Source: the human T2T-CHM13v2.0 reference genome, Homo sapiens
Reading direction: 5' to 3' (one strand)
DNA: 64,000 nucleotides
Assembly (NCBI RefSeq): GCF_009914755.1
Contig: NC_060929.1
Shown: one piece after another, positions 15,218 through 27,411 of the stretch
Layout: the number at the start of each line of letters is the position of its first letter
Numbering within the stretch: the first letter of the stretch is position 1
Translations under genes and position numbers: made by a program
The notes under the pieces: model-generated
Database searches by the model: none
The model's input: the letters and a program-made list of their open reading frames with translations, nothing else
Told to the model about the DNA's origin: nothing

Positions 15218-16839
15218 CTCCCCAAAAGCAAGCTATGGATTCACTGTAATCTCTATCAAAATACAAATAACATTCTTCAACAGAAATAGAAAAAATAACC
15301 TTAAAATTTATGTGGAACCATAAAAGATCCAGAATAGACAAAGCTATCCTAAGCAAAATGAACAAAACTGGAGGAATAACATTACCTGACTTCAAATTAT
15401 ACTGCAGAGTTATAGTAACCAAAACGACATGGCACTGGCATAAAAACAGACACATAAGCCAGTGGAACAAAATAGAGAATCCAGAAATAAATCCATATAT
15501 CTGCGGTGAACTCATTTTCAACAAAGTTTCCAAGAATATACATTAGAGAAAGGACAGTCTCTTCCATAAATGCTGCTGGGAAAACTGGATATCCATATGC
15601 AGAAGAATTAAAGTAGGCCCCTCTCTCTTGCCATATACAAAAATCAAAACAAAACAGATTAACAACTTAAATCTGAAACTCTAATCTATGAAACTACTAA
15701 AAGAAAACAATGGGGAAACTCTCCCAGACAATGGAATGGGCAAAGACTTCTTGAGTAATACCCCACAGGTACAGGCAACCAAGGCAAAAATGGACAAACG
15801 GGATCATATCAAGTTAAAAAGCTTCTGCACAACAAAGGAAACAATCAACAAAGTAAAGCGACAACCTACAGAATGAGGGAAAATATTTGCAAACTACCCA
15901 CCTGACAAGGGATTAATAACCAGAATATATAAGGAGCTCAAACAACTCTACAGGAAAAAAATCTAATAATCTAATTTTAAAATGAGCAAAAGATCTGAAT
16001 AGACATTTCACAAAAGAAGACATGCAAATGGCAAACAAGAATACAAAAAGCTGCTCAACAACATTGATCATCAGAGAAATGCAAATCAAAGCTACAATGA
16101 GATATCATCTCACCCCAGTTAAAATGGCTTAGATCAAAAGAGAGGCAATAACAAATGCTTGTGAGGGTGTGGAGAAAAGGGAACACTGTTGGTGGAAATG
16201 TAAATTAGCACAACCACTATGGAGAATAGTTTGGAGGTGCCTCAGAAAAACTAAAAATAGAGCTACCATATGATCCAGGAAGCTCACTGCTAGATAGACA
16301 CCTAAAAGAAAGGAAATCAGTATATTGAAGAGATATCTGCACTCTCATGTTTATTGCAGCACTATTCACAATAGCCAGCATTTGGAAGCCACCTAAGTGT
16401 GCATCAATGGACAAATAGATAAAGAAAATATGGTACATGTACACAATGGAGTACTATTTCACCACAAAAGAGAATGAGATCCTGTCATTTGCAACAACCT
16501 GAATAGAACCAAAGGTCATTATGTTAAGTGAAATAAGCCAGGCACAGAAAGACAAACATCATATGTTCTCACTTACCCATGGGTGCTTAAAATTAAAATA
16601 ATTGAACTCATGGAGATTGAAAGTAAAAGGATGGTTACCAGATACTGGGAAGGGTACTCAGGAAGGAGTTGGGGCAAGAGGGGATGGTTAATGGGTAAAA
16701 AAAATAGTTAGAAAGAATAAATAAGTCCTAATATTTGCTAGCACAACAGGGTGACTATAGTCAATAACAATGTACTTGTACATTTTTTAATACACCCCTC
16801 GGGTTGGTTTAATTATTTTCCCATAATATACCAGATATA

Positions 16840-17681
16840 TTTCTTTTTCTTCACTTTTTTTTTTAATTATATGTTAAGTTCTGGGATACATGTGCAGAAC
16901 GTGCAGGTTTGTTACATAGGTATACATGTCCCCTGGTGGTTTGCTGCACCCATTAACTGGTCATCGACATTAAGTCTTTCTCCTAATGCTATCCCTTCCC
17001 TAGACCCCCAACCCACAACATGCCCCAGTGTGTGATATTCCCCTCCCTGTGTCCATGTGTTCTCATTGTTCAACTCCCACTTGTGAGAACATGCAGTGTT
17101 TGGTTTTCTGTTCCTGTCTTAGTTTGCTGAGAATGATGGTTTCCAGCTTCATCCATGTCCCTGCAAAGGACGTGAACTCATCATTTTTTATGGCTGCATA
17201 GTATTCCACGGTGTATATGTGCCACAGTTTCTTTATCCAGTCTATCATTGATGTGCATTTGGGTTGGTTCCAAGTCTTTGCTATTGTGAACAGTGCCACA
17301 ATAAACATACATGTGCATGTGTCTTTATAATAGACTATAATCCTTTGAGTAAATACCCAGTAATGGGATTGCTGGGTCAAATGGTATTTCTGGTTCTAGA
17401 TCCTTGAGGAATCACCACACTGTCTTCCACAATGGTTGAACTAATTTACACTCCCACCAACAGTGTAAAAGTGTTCCTTTTTCTCCACATCCACTCCAGC
17501 ATCTGTTGTTTCCTGACTTTTTAGTGATCGCCATTCTAACTGTCGTGAGATGGTATCTTATTGTGGTTTTGATGTGCATTTCTCAAATGACCAGTGATGA
17601 TGAGATTTTTTTCATGTTTATTGGCTGCATAAACACTTCTTTTGAGAAGTGTCTGTTTATATCCTTCTCCCACTTTTTGAT
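16840..17681 (-). mobile_element. L1PA7-like 3' end
   Basis: Poly(T) followed by CTGGGATACATGTGCAGAACGTGCAGG; ORF2 C-terminus in the ORF track (17063-17380). Confidence 0.85.
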
Positions 17682-18447
17682 TCTTTTTTTGTATACTCTA
17701 AGTTCTAGGGTACATGTGCACAACGTGTGGGTTTGTTACACAGGTATACATGTGCCATGTTGGTTTACTGCCCCCATCAACTGGTCATTTACATTAGGTA
17801 TTTCTCCTAATGCTATCCCTCCCCCAGCTCTCCAGCCCCCGAGAGGCCCCGGTGTGTGATGTTCCCCACCCTGCGTCCATGTGTTCTCATTGTTCAATTC
17901 CCACCTATAAGTGAGAACATGTGGTGTTTGGTTTTCTGTCCTCATGATAGTTTGCTGAGAATGATGGTTTCCAGCTTCATCCATGTCCCTGCAAAGGACA
18001 TGAACTCAACCTTTTTTATGGCTGCATAGTCTTCCATGGTGTATATGTGCCACATTTTCTTAATCCAGTCTATCATTGATGGACATTTGGGTTGGTTCCA
18101 AGTCTTTGCTATGGTGAATAGTACCACAATAAACATATGTGTGTATGTGTCTTTATAGTAGCATGATTTATAATCTTTTGGGTATATACCCAGTAATTGG
18201 ATCTCTGGGTCAAATGGTATTTTTAGTTCTAGATCCTTGAGGAATCACCACACTGTCTTCCACAATGGTTGAACTAATTTACACTCCCACCAACAGTGTA
18301 AAAGTGTTCCTATTTCTCAACATCCTCTCCAGCATCTGTTGTTTCCTGACTTGTTAATGATCACCATTCTAACTGGCATGAGATGGTATCTCATTGTGGT
18401 TTTGAGTTGCATTTCCCTGATGACCAGTGATGATGAGCATTTTTTCA
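17682..18447 (-). mobile_element. L1PA5/6-like 3' end
   Basis: Short poly(T) followed by CTAGGGTACATGTGCACAACG; ORF2 C-terminus at 17942-18136. Confidence 0.85.
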
Positions 18448-18914
18448 TACTTATACATTTTTAAATAATTAAATAATATAATTGGATTGTTTGAAACACA
18501 AAGGATAAATGTTTGAAGTGATGGATACCCTATTTAACCTGATGGGATTATTATGCATTGCATACCCGTATCAAAATACCTCATGTAACTTATAAATCTA
18601 TACACCTATTATGTACCCACAAAAATTTTTTAAAATTTAACGAAAAAATAATACAGTACTAAAAAAAAAAAAAGAAATAAAGAAAATAAATGAAATGACC
18701 AGACAGGTAGAAAGTGTGTTTTCTGGATTTGAGTGTGAAATTACTTATGAGCAATTGTTATTTAATTGATTTAAAGCACAACAAACCATTTGAATTATAA
18801 AAGGGATGCTTGATAAATCTCTTTACATAATTCAGTGTGGCCTGGAGTGCTCGTTGCTTCTACTTTTGAGTAATATTTCCAAATATTTAAGACACGTAGA
18901 GCAATTTTAACTGA

Positions 18915-21150
18915 ATGAACATCTACAAAGAGCCTACATCTAACATCATAATTAATGGTAAGACACTAGAAGCTCTTCCGTTAAGATCAGGAACAAGGCA
19001 AGTATGTCCCCTCTCATCACTCCTTTTCAACATCATACTGAAAGTCCTAGCTAGTGCAATAACACTAGAAAAGGAAATAAAAATTACATTGAGTGGAATA
19101 TGAAAACTCAAAATTGCCAACATGCCAGATCTGCCTTACTTGCTATAGCAGTCCCAAAGTCCCAGCAATTTCTTTTGTGGATATCAACCAACTGATTCTA
19201 AAGTTTACATGCAGAAGTGAAAGACCCAGAAGAAGCAAAAAAAAGAAAAAATTGGAGGAAAAAAAAAGACAGAGGACTGACACTACCAGATTTCAAGACT
19301 TACTATAAAGCTACAGTGATTAAGACACTGGGGTATTGAGGAAAGGATAGACAGATCAATGGAACAGAAGAGAGACCCCAGAAAGACAACACAATGGAAC
19401 AAAGAGTATTTTCAACATAGAGTCAAACAACTGAACATTCACAAGGAATAAAAAGAATCTAGACATAGATTTTCCGCCCTTCACAAAAATAAATTCAAAA
19501 TGAATCACAGACTTAAATGCAAAATCCAAAACTACAAAACTCCTAGAAGATAACATGGGAGAAAATCTTGATTACCTCAGGTATGGTGATGACTTTTTAG
19601 ATACTTCAAAAGGCACAGTCCATGAAAGAAATAATTGATAAACTAGACTTTATTAAAATTAAAGACTTCTGCTCTTCAAAAGACACTCTCAAGGAAATGA
19701 GAAAGCGAGCAATAATTTTGGAGAAAATACAAAAGACATGCTGATGAAGGACTGATATCCAAAATATACACAGAATCCTTAAAACTCAACAATAAAAAAC
19801 ATGACAACCAAATTTAAAAATGGGCAACAGACCTGACAGTTGCCTCAACAAAGAAGATATACAGATGACAAATAAGCATATGAAAAGATGCTTTACATAG
19901 TATGTCATTAGGGAATTGCAAATTAAAACAACAGTGATATCACACTTATTAGAATAGCCAAAATGCAAACCACTGACAACCACCAAATGTCGACAAGGAT
20001 GTCAAGCAAGAGGATCTTTCATTCATTGCTAATGAGAATGCAAAATGGTACAACCACTTTGGAAGGCAGTTTGATAGTTTCTCACAAAGCTAAACATATT
20101 GTCACTATACAATTCAGTAATCATGATCCTTAGTATTAACCCAAAGAAGTTGAAAACTTAATGTGTTTTTCCAAAAACCTGTATATGAGTGTTTATAGCA
20201 GCCTTATTAATAATTGCCAAAACTTAGAAGCAACCAAGATATCCTCTGGTAAGTGAATGAATACATAAATTATTGTCCATTCAGATAATGGAATATTATG
20301 AAGTACTAAAAAAGTAAGCTATCAAGCGATGAAAAGGCAAAAGGGAAGCATAAATGCATATTAATTGATAGAAGCCAATCTTAAAAGGTTACATAATGTA
20401 TGATTCCAACTATTAAATACAAGACACTCTGAAAAAGGCAAAACTATAGACATAGTAAAAGGATCAGTGGTTAGCAGGGGTTAGGGAGGACAGAGGGGTG
20501 AATAGGCAGAGCACAGAGAATTTTTAGTGCACTGCATTAGTCTGTTTTCATGCTGCTGATAAAGACATACTTGAGATGGGGCAACTTACAAAAAAAAAGA
20601 GGTTGAATTGGACTTACAGTTCCATGTGGCTGGGGAAGCCTCACAATCATGGCGGAAGGCAAGGAGGAGCAAGTCACATGTCACATGGATGGCAGCAGGC
20701 AAAGAGCTCGTGCAGGAAATCTCCCCCTTGTATAATCATTGGACCTCATAAGACTTATTAACTATCACAAGAACAGCACAGGAAAGACCTGCCCCCATGA
20801 TTCAATTACCTGCCACCAGGTCCCTCCCACAACACGTGGGAATTCAAGATGAGATTTGGGTGGGGACAGAGCCAAACCATATCAGGCAGTGCACCTGTCA
20901 GTATGATATTATACATGTCATTAGATATTTATAGAATCCACAGAATGTACGTTAAGAGTTAACACTAATGAAACTATGGTCTCTAAGAGATAATGATGTG
21001 GGTTCATTGATTGTAACAAATATGCCACTCTGATGAGGGGTGGTGACAATGGAGGAGGTTTTATGTATGAAGGGGCAGGGAGGATATGGAAATCTGTATA
21101 CCTTCCACTCAATTTTGCTCTGAACCTAAAACTGAAAGCCTATTTTAAAA
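18915..21150 (+). mobile_element. L1MC1-like, internally deleted, interrupted by THE1
   Basis: ORF2 remnant ([13 protein letters not shown], 18915-19103) and L1MC 3'UTR motifs (GGCAAAACTATAGAC, ATGGAAATCTGTATACCTTCCACTCAATTTTGCT). Confidence 0.8.
20533..20884 (-). mobile_element. THE1 (A/B-like) MaLR solo LTR
   Basis: TGCATTAGTCTGTTTTCATGCTGCTGATAAAG...CCAAACCATATCA is an antisense THE1; the TSD is degenerate. Confidence 0.9.
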
Positions 21151-21476
21151 ATCTGGAATAAAATTTTTTAAAATTGCATGTTAAACTCAAGAATTTTTTG
21201 AAAGTTTTCATATAAGAAAATGAACTATGTTCCTTGTGGTCTAATAAGAATATTATATTTCCTTCCTGAAGGTGGCGTTTGTGTACCATGGTCAAAGAAT
21301 GCTTCCCTCATTTGTTAAGGGAAAAAAAAAAAAAAAAACCTTTCCCGGACAGTAAAACATCTCATAAAACTGTCATGAGTAATTCCAGCAGCTGAGCTGA
21401 AATGGACAGCTACTCAGAACACCTTTGCTTTTCCATGACAGGGGTGAGATTTTATAAATTAAGGTTATAGACTTAC

Positions 21477-21521
21477 CTGCGAACACTGGGACCTATAACT
21501 CAATTTACAGATACCTTGAAG
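21477..21521 (-). ncRNA. Candidate 45-nt exon of a minus-strand non-coding transcript
   Basis: Minus-strand CTCTTTCAG| acceptor and perfect CAG|GTAAGT donor. No expression evidence. Confidence 0.2.
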
Positions 21522-21867
21522 CTGAAAGAGTGTTTGCAGAGCCTACACTCTGGGATGTGTTACAGGCACAAGGAAGTTCATGAGCTAAGACAGGCCACTA
21601 AATCTAGCTAAGATGGCTCAACAAAAACGAGAGTTCTCAGGCCTGCGCAGAACCTGTGACCAAGTTGCTGTTAGCCATAAACACCTGCATTGTGGGAGCT
21701 ATTTGAACTTGAGAGAAAAATCCCCTAATTAAAAGGCACCTAAGCCCAAATTCTGCATAACAATTTGCTCTGGAGCATGTTAAACTCACAGATTTCTGGA
21801 CTTCAGATATCCTAATGTCAAGAGTGTCATCGGGGCACAGGAATCTACATTTAAGAAGCTTCCTAGG

Positions 21868-21983
21868 ATGGACGATTACTCAGATATATAAATAGAACAA
21901 ACTCCTGATATAAGCAGCAACATGAACAAATCTCAGAAACAAGATTCTGAGCAAAAGAAACCAGACACAAAAGGGTACACACT

Positions 21984-22014
<31 letters not shown>

Positions 22015-22347
22015 CGCGTGCGCATATCTATATATACACACACATATACATAACATATAAAGTATGTGAGTATATATATTATATATATATATAAAGTTAT
22101 AGAATGAATACAACTCACCAATAGTTATAGAAATCAGGTCAGTGGTTGTATAGGGCAGGAGGTTAGGTGGATTGACTGTAATGGGGCATAAGAGAACTTT
22201 CCAGTGTGATAGTAATATTCTACATTTTTATTGGAGTGGCAGCTACATGGGTGTATACATTTGTCAAAACTCATGTAACTGTACACTTAAACTATGTACA
22301 TTTAATTGCACATAAATTGTACCTTGATAAAGCTGATTTAATAAAAC
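21868..22347 (+). mobile_element. L1ME/MD-type 3' end
   Basis: AGAAACCAGACACAAAAG...TATACATTTGTCAAAACTCAT...AATAAAA; TSD CTTCCTAGG (21859-21867 and 22351-22359). Confidence 0.7.
21983..22024. repeat. (TG)12(CG)6 compound microsatellite
   Basis: Read directly. Confidence 0.95.
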
Positions 22348-22540
22348 AGACTTCCTAGGTGATTCAAACATACATCTGGGTTTGGGAGCCACTGATCCTT
22401 TGCTACTGGAGAATGACCAGATCATAAGTGCACTTGAGCCACACTGGGGCTCCTGTGTGGCATTTTTATTTCCATTGACAGAACTTCTGAGCCCCAGGGC
22501 ACCTTCCAGACCAAGTTGTCTGACTTCTAGGTTTTCTATA

Positions 22541-23085
22541 TGTGTTAGTCAGGGCTCTCTAGAAGGACAGAACTAATAAGATATGTGGATATCTGAAAGG
22601 GAGTTTATTCAGGAGAATTGACGCGCACGATCACATGGTAAAGTCCCACCATAGGCCGTCTGCAAGTCGAGGAGCAAGGAAGCCAGTAGTGGATCCGTCT
22701 GAGTCCCAAAACCTCAAAAGTAGGGAAGCCGACAGTCCAGCCTTCAGTCTGTGGCAGAAGGCCCGAGAGCCCCTAGCAAACCACTGGAATAAGTCCAAGA
22801 GTCCAAAAGCTGGAGAACTTGGAGTCTGATGTTTGACAGCAGGAAGCATCCAGCACAGGAGAAAGACGAAGGCTGGAAGACTCAGCAAGTCTGCTCTTCC
22901 ATCTTCTCCTGCCTGCTTTACTCTAGCTGTGCTGGCAGCTGATTAGATTAAGGCTGGGTCTACCTCTCCCAGCCCACTGACTCAAATGTTAATCTCCTTT
23001 GGCAACACCCTCACAGACACACCCAGAAACAATACTTTGCATCCTTCAATCCTAATCAAGTTGACACTCAATATTAACCATCACA
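22541..23085 (-). mobile_element. MLT2A2-like (HERV-L) solo LTR
   Basis: TGTGTTAGTCAGGG...TTGACACTCAATATTAACCATCACA; perfect 5-bp TSD CTATA (22536-22540 and 23086-23090). Confidence 0.9.
22940..22950 (-). promoter_or_regulatory. Perfect DUX4-type motif TAATCTAATCA within the MLT2A LTR
   Basis: TGATTAGATTA on the + strand matches TAAYBBAATCA. Binding itself is not shown. Confidence 0.55.
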
Positions 23086-23379
23086 CTATATGCAAAACCT
23101 GAAGCTCAGAAAGGTTGAGAGACTTTTCCAAAGTCACACAGTAAAATACCAGCAGATATCAGATCTGAATTTCTGACAGCTTTTGCTATTCTCAGTATCA
23201 CACTGCATCCAAAGGAAGAAGAATGAGAAGTGGAGAGCAGATGCTCCTTGCTCTGATTTTGCTCATTTACCCTTCATTACCATCTACAGGATGGAGCTAC
23301 CTGGTTACCTGAGCCAAGGAAATAGAATACAGTCCAATTTTATAAGGAATGGCTGAAAGACTTTGGTTTCAGACTTGTT

Positions 23380-23650
23380 TATTTACTCATTCAACGAATA
23401 ACTAACCAATATTTGTTGAGTGCTTTCCAGTCACAGTTTAAGGCACAAAAGCCAGTAGTGAATAAAACACACAAGATCTCTGCCTTCAAAGAGCCTATTA
23501 TCATCAACAATAAAGAAATAAGCAAATACATGAACAAGAAAATTTCAGATGGTGGAAAGTGCTTGAAGAAAACAAACAAGGTAATTGATAGAATAACTGC
23601 AAAGGAGGGTCTATTTTAGCTGGGCTTTTCAGAACAGGCTGTGCTTGAGA
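23380..23650 (-). mobile_element. L2 fragment
   Basis: TTCAACGAATAA...ATATTTGTTGAGTGCT...AGTGAATAAAACAC...TCTGCCTTCAAAGAGC. Confidence 0.55.
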
Positions 23651-26028
23651 TAGTGACAGCGAGGAGCATGAAATATGGCTGGAGATGGTGGAGAGACTGA
23701 AGGCAGCTATCTCAAACACGTCAAGAGTTGTCATGTAGAGAAGTGTGCTTGCCTCATGCTGACTCAGAAGGTGAAGTGAGAAAAAATCTGAGTGCAAGAC
23801 AGAGGTTGAATTCAGATCAGTTTAGGGAAGAACTTTCCAACCTAGAAGAAAAGGAATTAATATTTACTTGAAGCGTACTATGTCCTAGCTTCCTTATTTG
23901 TAATATTTTGTTTAATGCTTTAAAAAACTGTAGGTGGTAAGTGAAACAATATCTATTGGAAGGAGCGATCTCCCCCTCTCAAGAAGTATGCATGCTCCCT
24001 GGCTAAGATAGAGACAGATGAGTGAGGGGTTCCTTAACCTTGCGGATCCGTGCCCCTGCAGATGCTGCCCTAATTATGTCATAGAAACCAATGGAAAAAG
24101 GAAATCAGATTCCCCAGATTCCACCCCCGCCCTCGCCCCAGGTAGTGAAAAGTTAGTGAGACTTCTTGAAAAACAATAGGGTGTTTCCAGGTTAACTAAG
24201 CTTTAACCTTTAACCAAATTCTCAGGAAGGGCTTCCCTGAATATTCTCCCTGTGGAATGCAGCAGAATGGCACTCTAATGCCTCCCTCAAAGAGAAAGTG
24301 ATAAGGCCATGAGCTGCTCTTGAGGATGAATACCAGCAGGAGTGGGAAGGGTGCTGAGCTACCTGTGACCTATAGAAACTCTGCCTGGCTCACTTCCCTT
24401 CATTAAGAGAAAATGTGCTTGATTCACTTCAGGAAAATGAGATTATTTATGAGAAAGAAGTACCCTTGATTGGAGGCTCTTAAACAAGTGGCTTTCCAGA
24501 GAGAACAGTTAAGTCTCCACCACAGACAGCCCTGGGAAGAAAAAGACAGCCCTAGATATTTTGGATAATTTGGGCATTGACCTTCCTGAGGACTAGTGCA
24601 AGGAATGAAGTAAATGAGCTCGATTCCTTTCATTCTGTGAGTCATAGCTTCGTCGAAATTACTCAATTGTTGATCCCACTTGGCTCCACATGGAAGGCAA
24701 AGTTCAAGCTATAGTACAGGTAGCAACATGATCCGTGTACAATTGTGCAAAACACAAAATTCCCATAGGCCAGGCACACTCCCATTGCCTTTGGATGGTG
24801 GCTCATGAAGATACAACCATGTCCTCTGTCTTTTGTCCTATCCTAAGTTGTTATCTCTTAGGCCATAAACTACTCAAAGGCCCAGTCTTCCCTTCTTTCT
24901 AGCACCATGCCTGGCAGAGAGAGAGACAAAAGGCACCTGATTAGTGTATGATAAACGAATAAAGTTTCATAAGTCCTACTTTTCAGATCCTAATAATAGC
25001 TCCCAGTGCCCGGGAGTATGCTGAACACTTTACAGGTATTACTGCATTTACTCCTTAAAACAACCCTGTGAAATGAGTACTATTGCCATCATTATTGTTT
25101 GAATCATCACTATTTTCACATGAAGAAAGATCTAGACTTGAAGCCACTATGCTATAATGCAGGTTGGTTTTTACCCTGTTGATGTGGGATGTGCCACAGG
25201 CAGCATGTGGCAAACCTGGAGACTGCTTTGTCCCAAACCAGAGTCAATGTCTCAACTTACACCATTGCCAGTTTCTTAGTAATTTGGGCACTACGTGGGT
25301 AGAGGTGACACTGTTGAATAGAGAGAAAAAAGCCAAAAGGCAGGAGTAACTTTTCTGCCTCTGATTTTCCCTTGCTCTTCTCTGTTTTCCAGTGCTACCA
25401 AGGGGCATACAGACTGAAATCTCCATATTAAAGTGAATCCACAACTTGTAATAACCAGTGTGTGGGGGAGTCTAGGATGGCAGACTAGGGTTTTGATATC
25501 TAATAGCAAAAGATTTTTTGCTTCTAACTTGATAAGGTGTGAAGACTTTTAGCACTTTATATATGAAGCCTACATCTCAATTTATTTTTAAAGTGTGACC
25601 ATTTCAGAGTTTACTAAGTGCTAGACACCATGCCAAACCCATTCGGTGCATTATCTCAATTAATTCTCAGGACAACAAACAGCCCTACCGATTTAAATTG
25701 TTTTCCTTTAGCTTCAATGTAACGTATTGGCCTGTGGGGAAATGAGCAGGTAGTGGTGACAGCTAAGGGCTGGGCACTCAGCTACAGACAGGTGGAATAA
25801 ATTTAAAAGTTTTGGCAGGTGATTTTCATCAAACAATGCAAAAAGAACTGTCTCCTTGACAACCTGCATGTCCGTCTTGGTCAACTCCTGATGAACCAAG
25901 ACAGTCACAGGACTTCAGAACCCTATGCAGCCATGGGGAGGAACCACACTTGGTTCTGAGCTAGCAAATCTTTCACCTCAAAGAGTGCATAACCTAAGAG
26001 AGAGATAAGTTATCTGTTTTACAGCAGG

Positions 26029-26030
<2 letters not shown>

Positions 26031-26059
<29 letters not shown>
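26031..26059. repeat. (AC)14 microsatellite
   Basis: Read directly. Confidence 0.95.
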
Positions 26060-26061
<2 letters not shown>

Positions 26062-26384
26062 TCTGGGTTTCAGTTTCATCTTTAAAAACTAGGGTTCCTG
26101 AACTTCTTCATCAGGCAAAGCCATCACAAACCTACAGACCACCTTTTCTTGAATTAGAAGAAGACACCCCTTTTGAGAAAACTTAGTGAGTTTGGTGCAG
26201 TGCTTGGTGAGCAGACTGTAACGCTTGTGTCCTTTGCTCCAGGATCACGCAGCTCTGTGCCACAGTCCATATCTCAGTGAAAAAAAGCACAGGTCTGTAT
26301 TTCATTTCTGACTTGTCCTGTTGGCAGACACCCCCAAACAACCTGCATAAGTGTATGCAACAGGGCCACCATCAGGAACAATGT

Positions 26385-26605
26385 GAATGTCCCAAAGTGA
26401 CAGTCCGGGGCCCCAGCCCACCCACAGATGGGTTTTGTTATCCCTAATGATGTTTGAAAGAATTTGAATTGCTTGTCAACCTTAAAAATTAGGAGATTTC
26501 ATACAAAATCTAGAGTTCAAGCTTTTCTTGAAAAATGAGATCTGGGCACACTGGCTCTACATTCCTGCATTGCAAATTAAATTGGAGCTAAGCAGTGCTG
26601 CCTAT
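26385..26605. mobile_element. MER102-like hAT fragment
   Basis: GGAGATTTCATACAAAATC...TTCTTGAAAAATGAGATCTGGGCACACTGG...GGAGCTAAGCAGTGCTGCC. Confidence 0.65.
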
Positions 26606-26857
26606 TTATGTATGTACTTAAAAATTTTTATAGTATATTTTAGATTTCATTCTCCATTAGCATATAAAAAGCTACCATTTTATTTTTATTATTATTATTT
26701 GTATCAGGTTTTTAAATAGATGGTCCTTGTGTTTGGCATAAAATCTAAAAGATATGAAATGGTCTATACACACTGTTCCCCAGTTCCCCAGATGCAACTG
26801 CTCCAACCATTCTTATGTGTCCTTTCAAAGGTATTGCATCCACACACTACAAAAACA

Positions 26858-26950
26858 TATGCAGTATTTCTAAGACACCATCAATTGCAAGATGCACCAT
26901 TATTTTGTGTTCACTAAGAAAAAAAATTCCAATAAAATCATGACATTGTG
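26858..26950. mobile_element. Tigger-family (Tigger13a-like) terminal fragment
   Basis: TCTAAGACACCATCAATTGCAAGATGCACCATTATTTT...CACTAAGAAA resembles the recalled terminus. Its extent beyond this is unclear. Confidence 0.45.
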
Positions 26951-27122
26951 CCTTAATGATGGTCCTGCCTGATCCATACATCAGTCAAGTCAGCCCCTCA
27001 TTGCTTTGAAATTTGTTTCATCTATTCTAAGGGGCTGGACATTTTTCCTGCCTTCTGTTGGACCACTTGGAGTATGGCAGCCAATCCTTTTACATGTATC
27101 TCAGTAAGAAAATGTAACATGG

Positions 27123-27411
<289 letters not shown>

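Larger units (their letters stand above)
14270..18687 (+). mobile_element. 5'-truncated L1MA (MA1/MA2-like), interrupted by a THE1 LTR and an antisense L1PA composite
   Basis: ORF2 remnants (15310-15546 [11 protein letters not shown]; 15688-15876), an L1MA 3'UTR resuming at 18448, a poly(A) tail, and a 14-bp TSD AAATGAAATGACCA (14256-14269 and 18688-18701). Confidence 0.9.
21765..22396. mobile_element. MER5A split by an L1ME-type insertion
   Basis: Left half ...CACAGGAATCTACATTTAAGAAGCTTCCTAGG and right half CTTCCTAGGTGATTC...GGGAGCCACTG. Confidence 0.6.
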
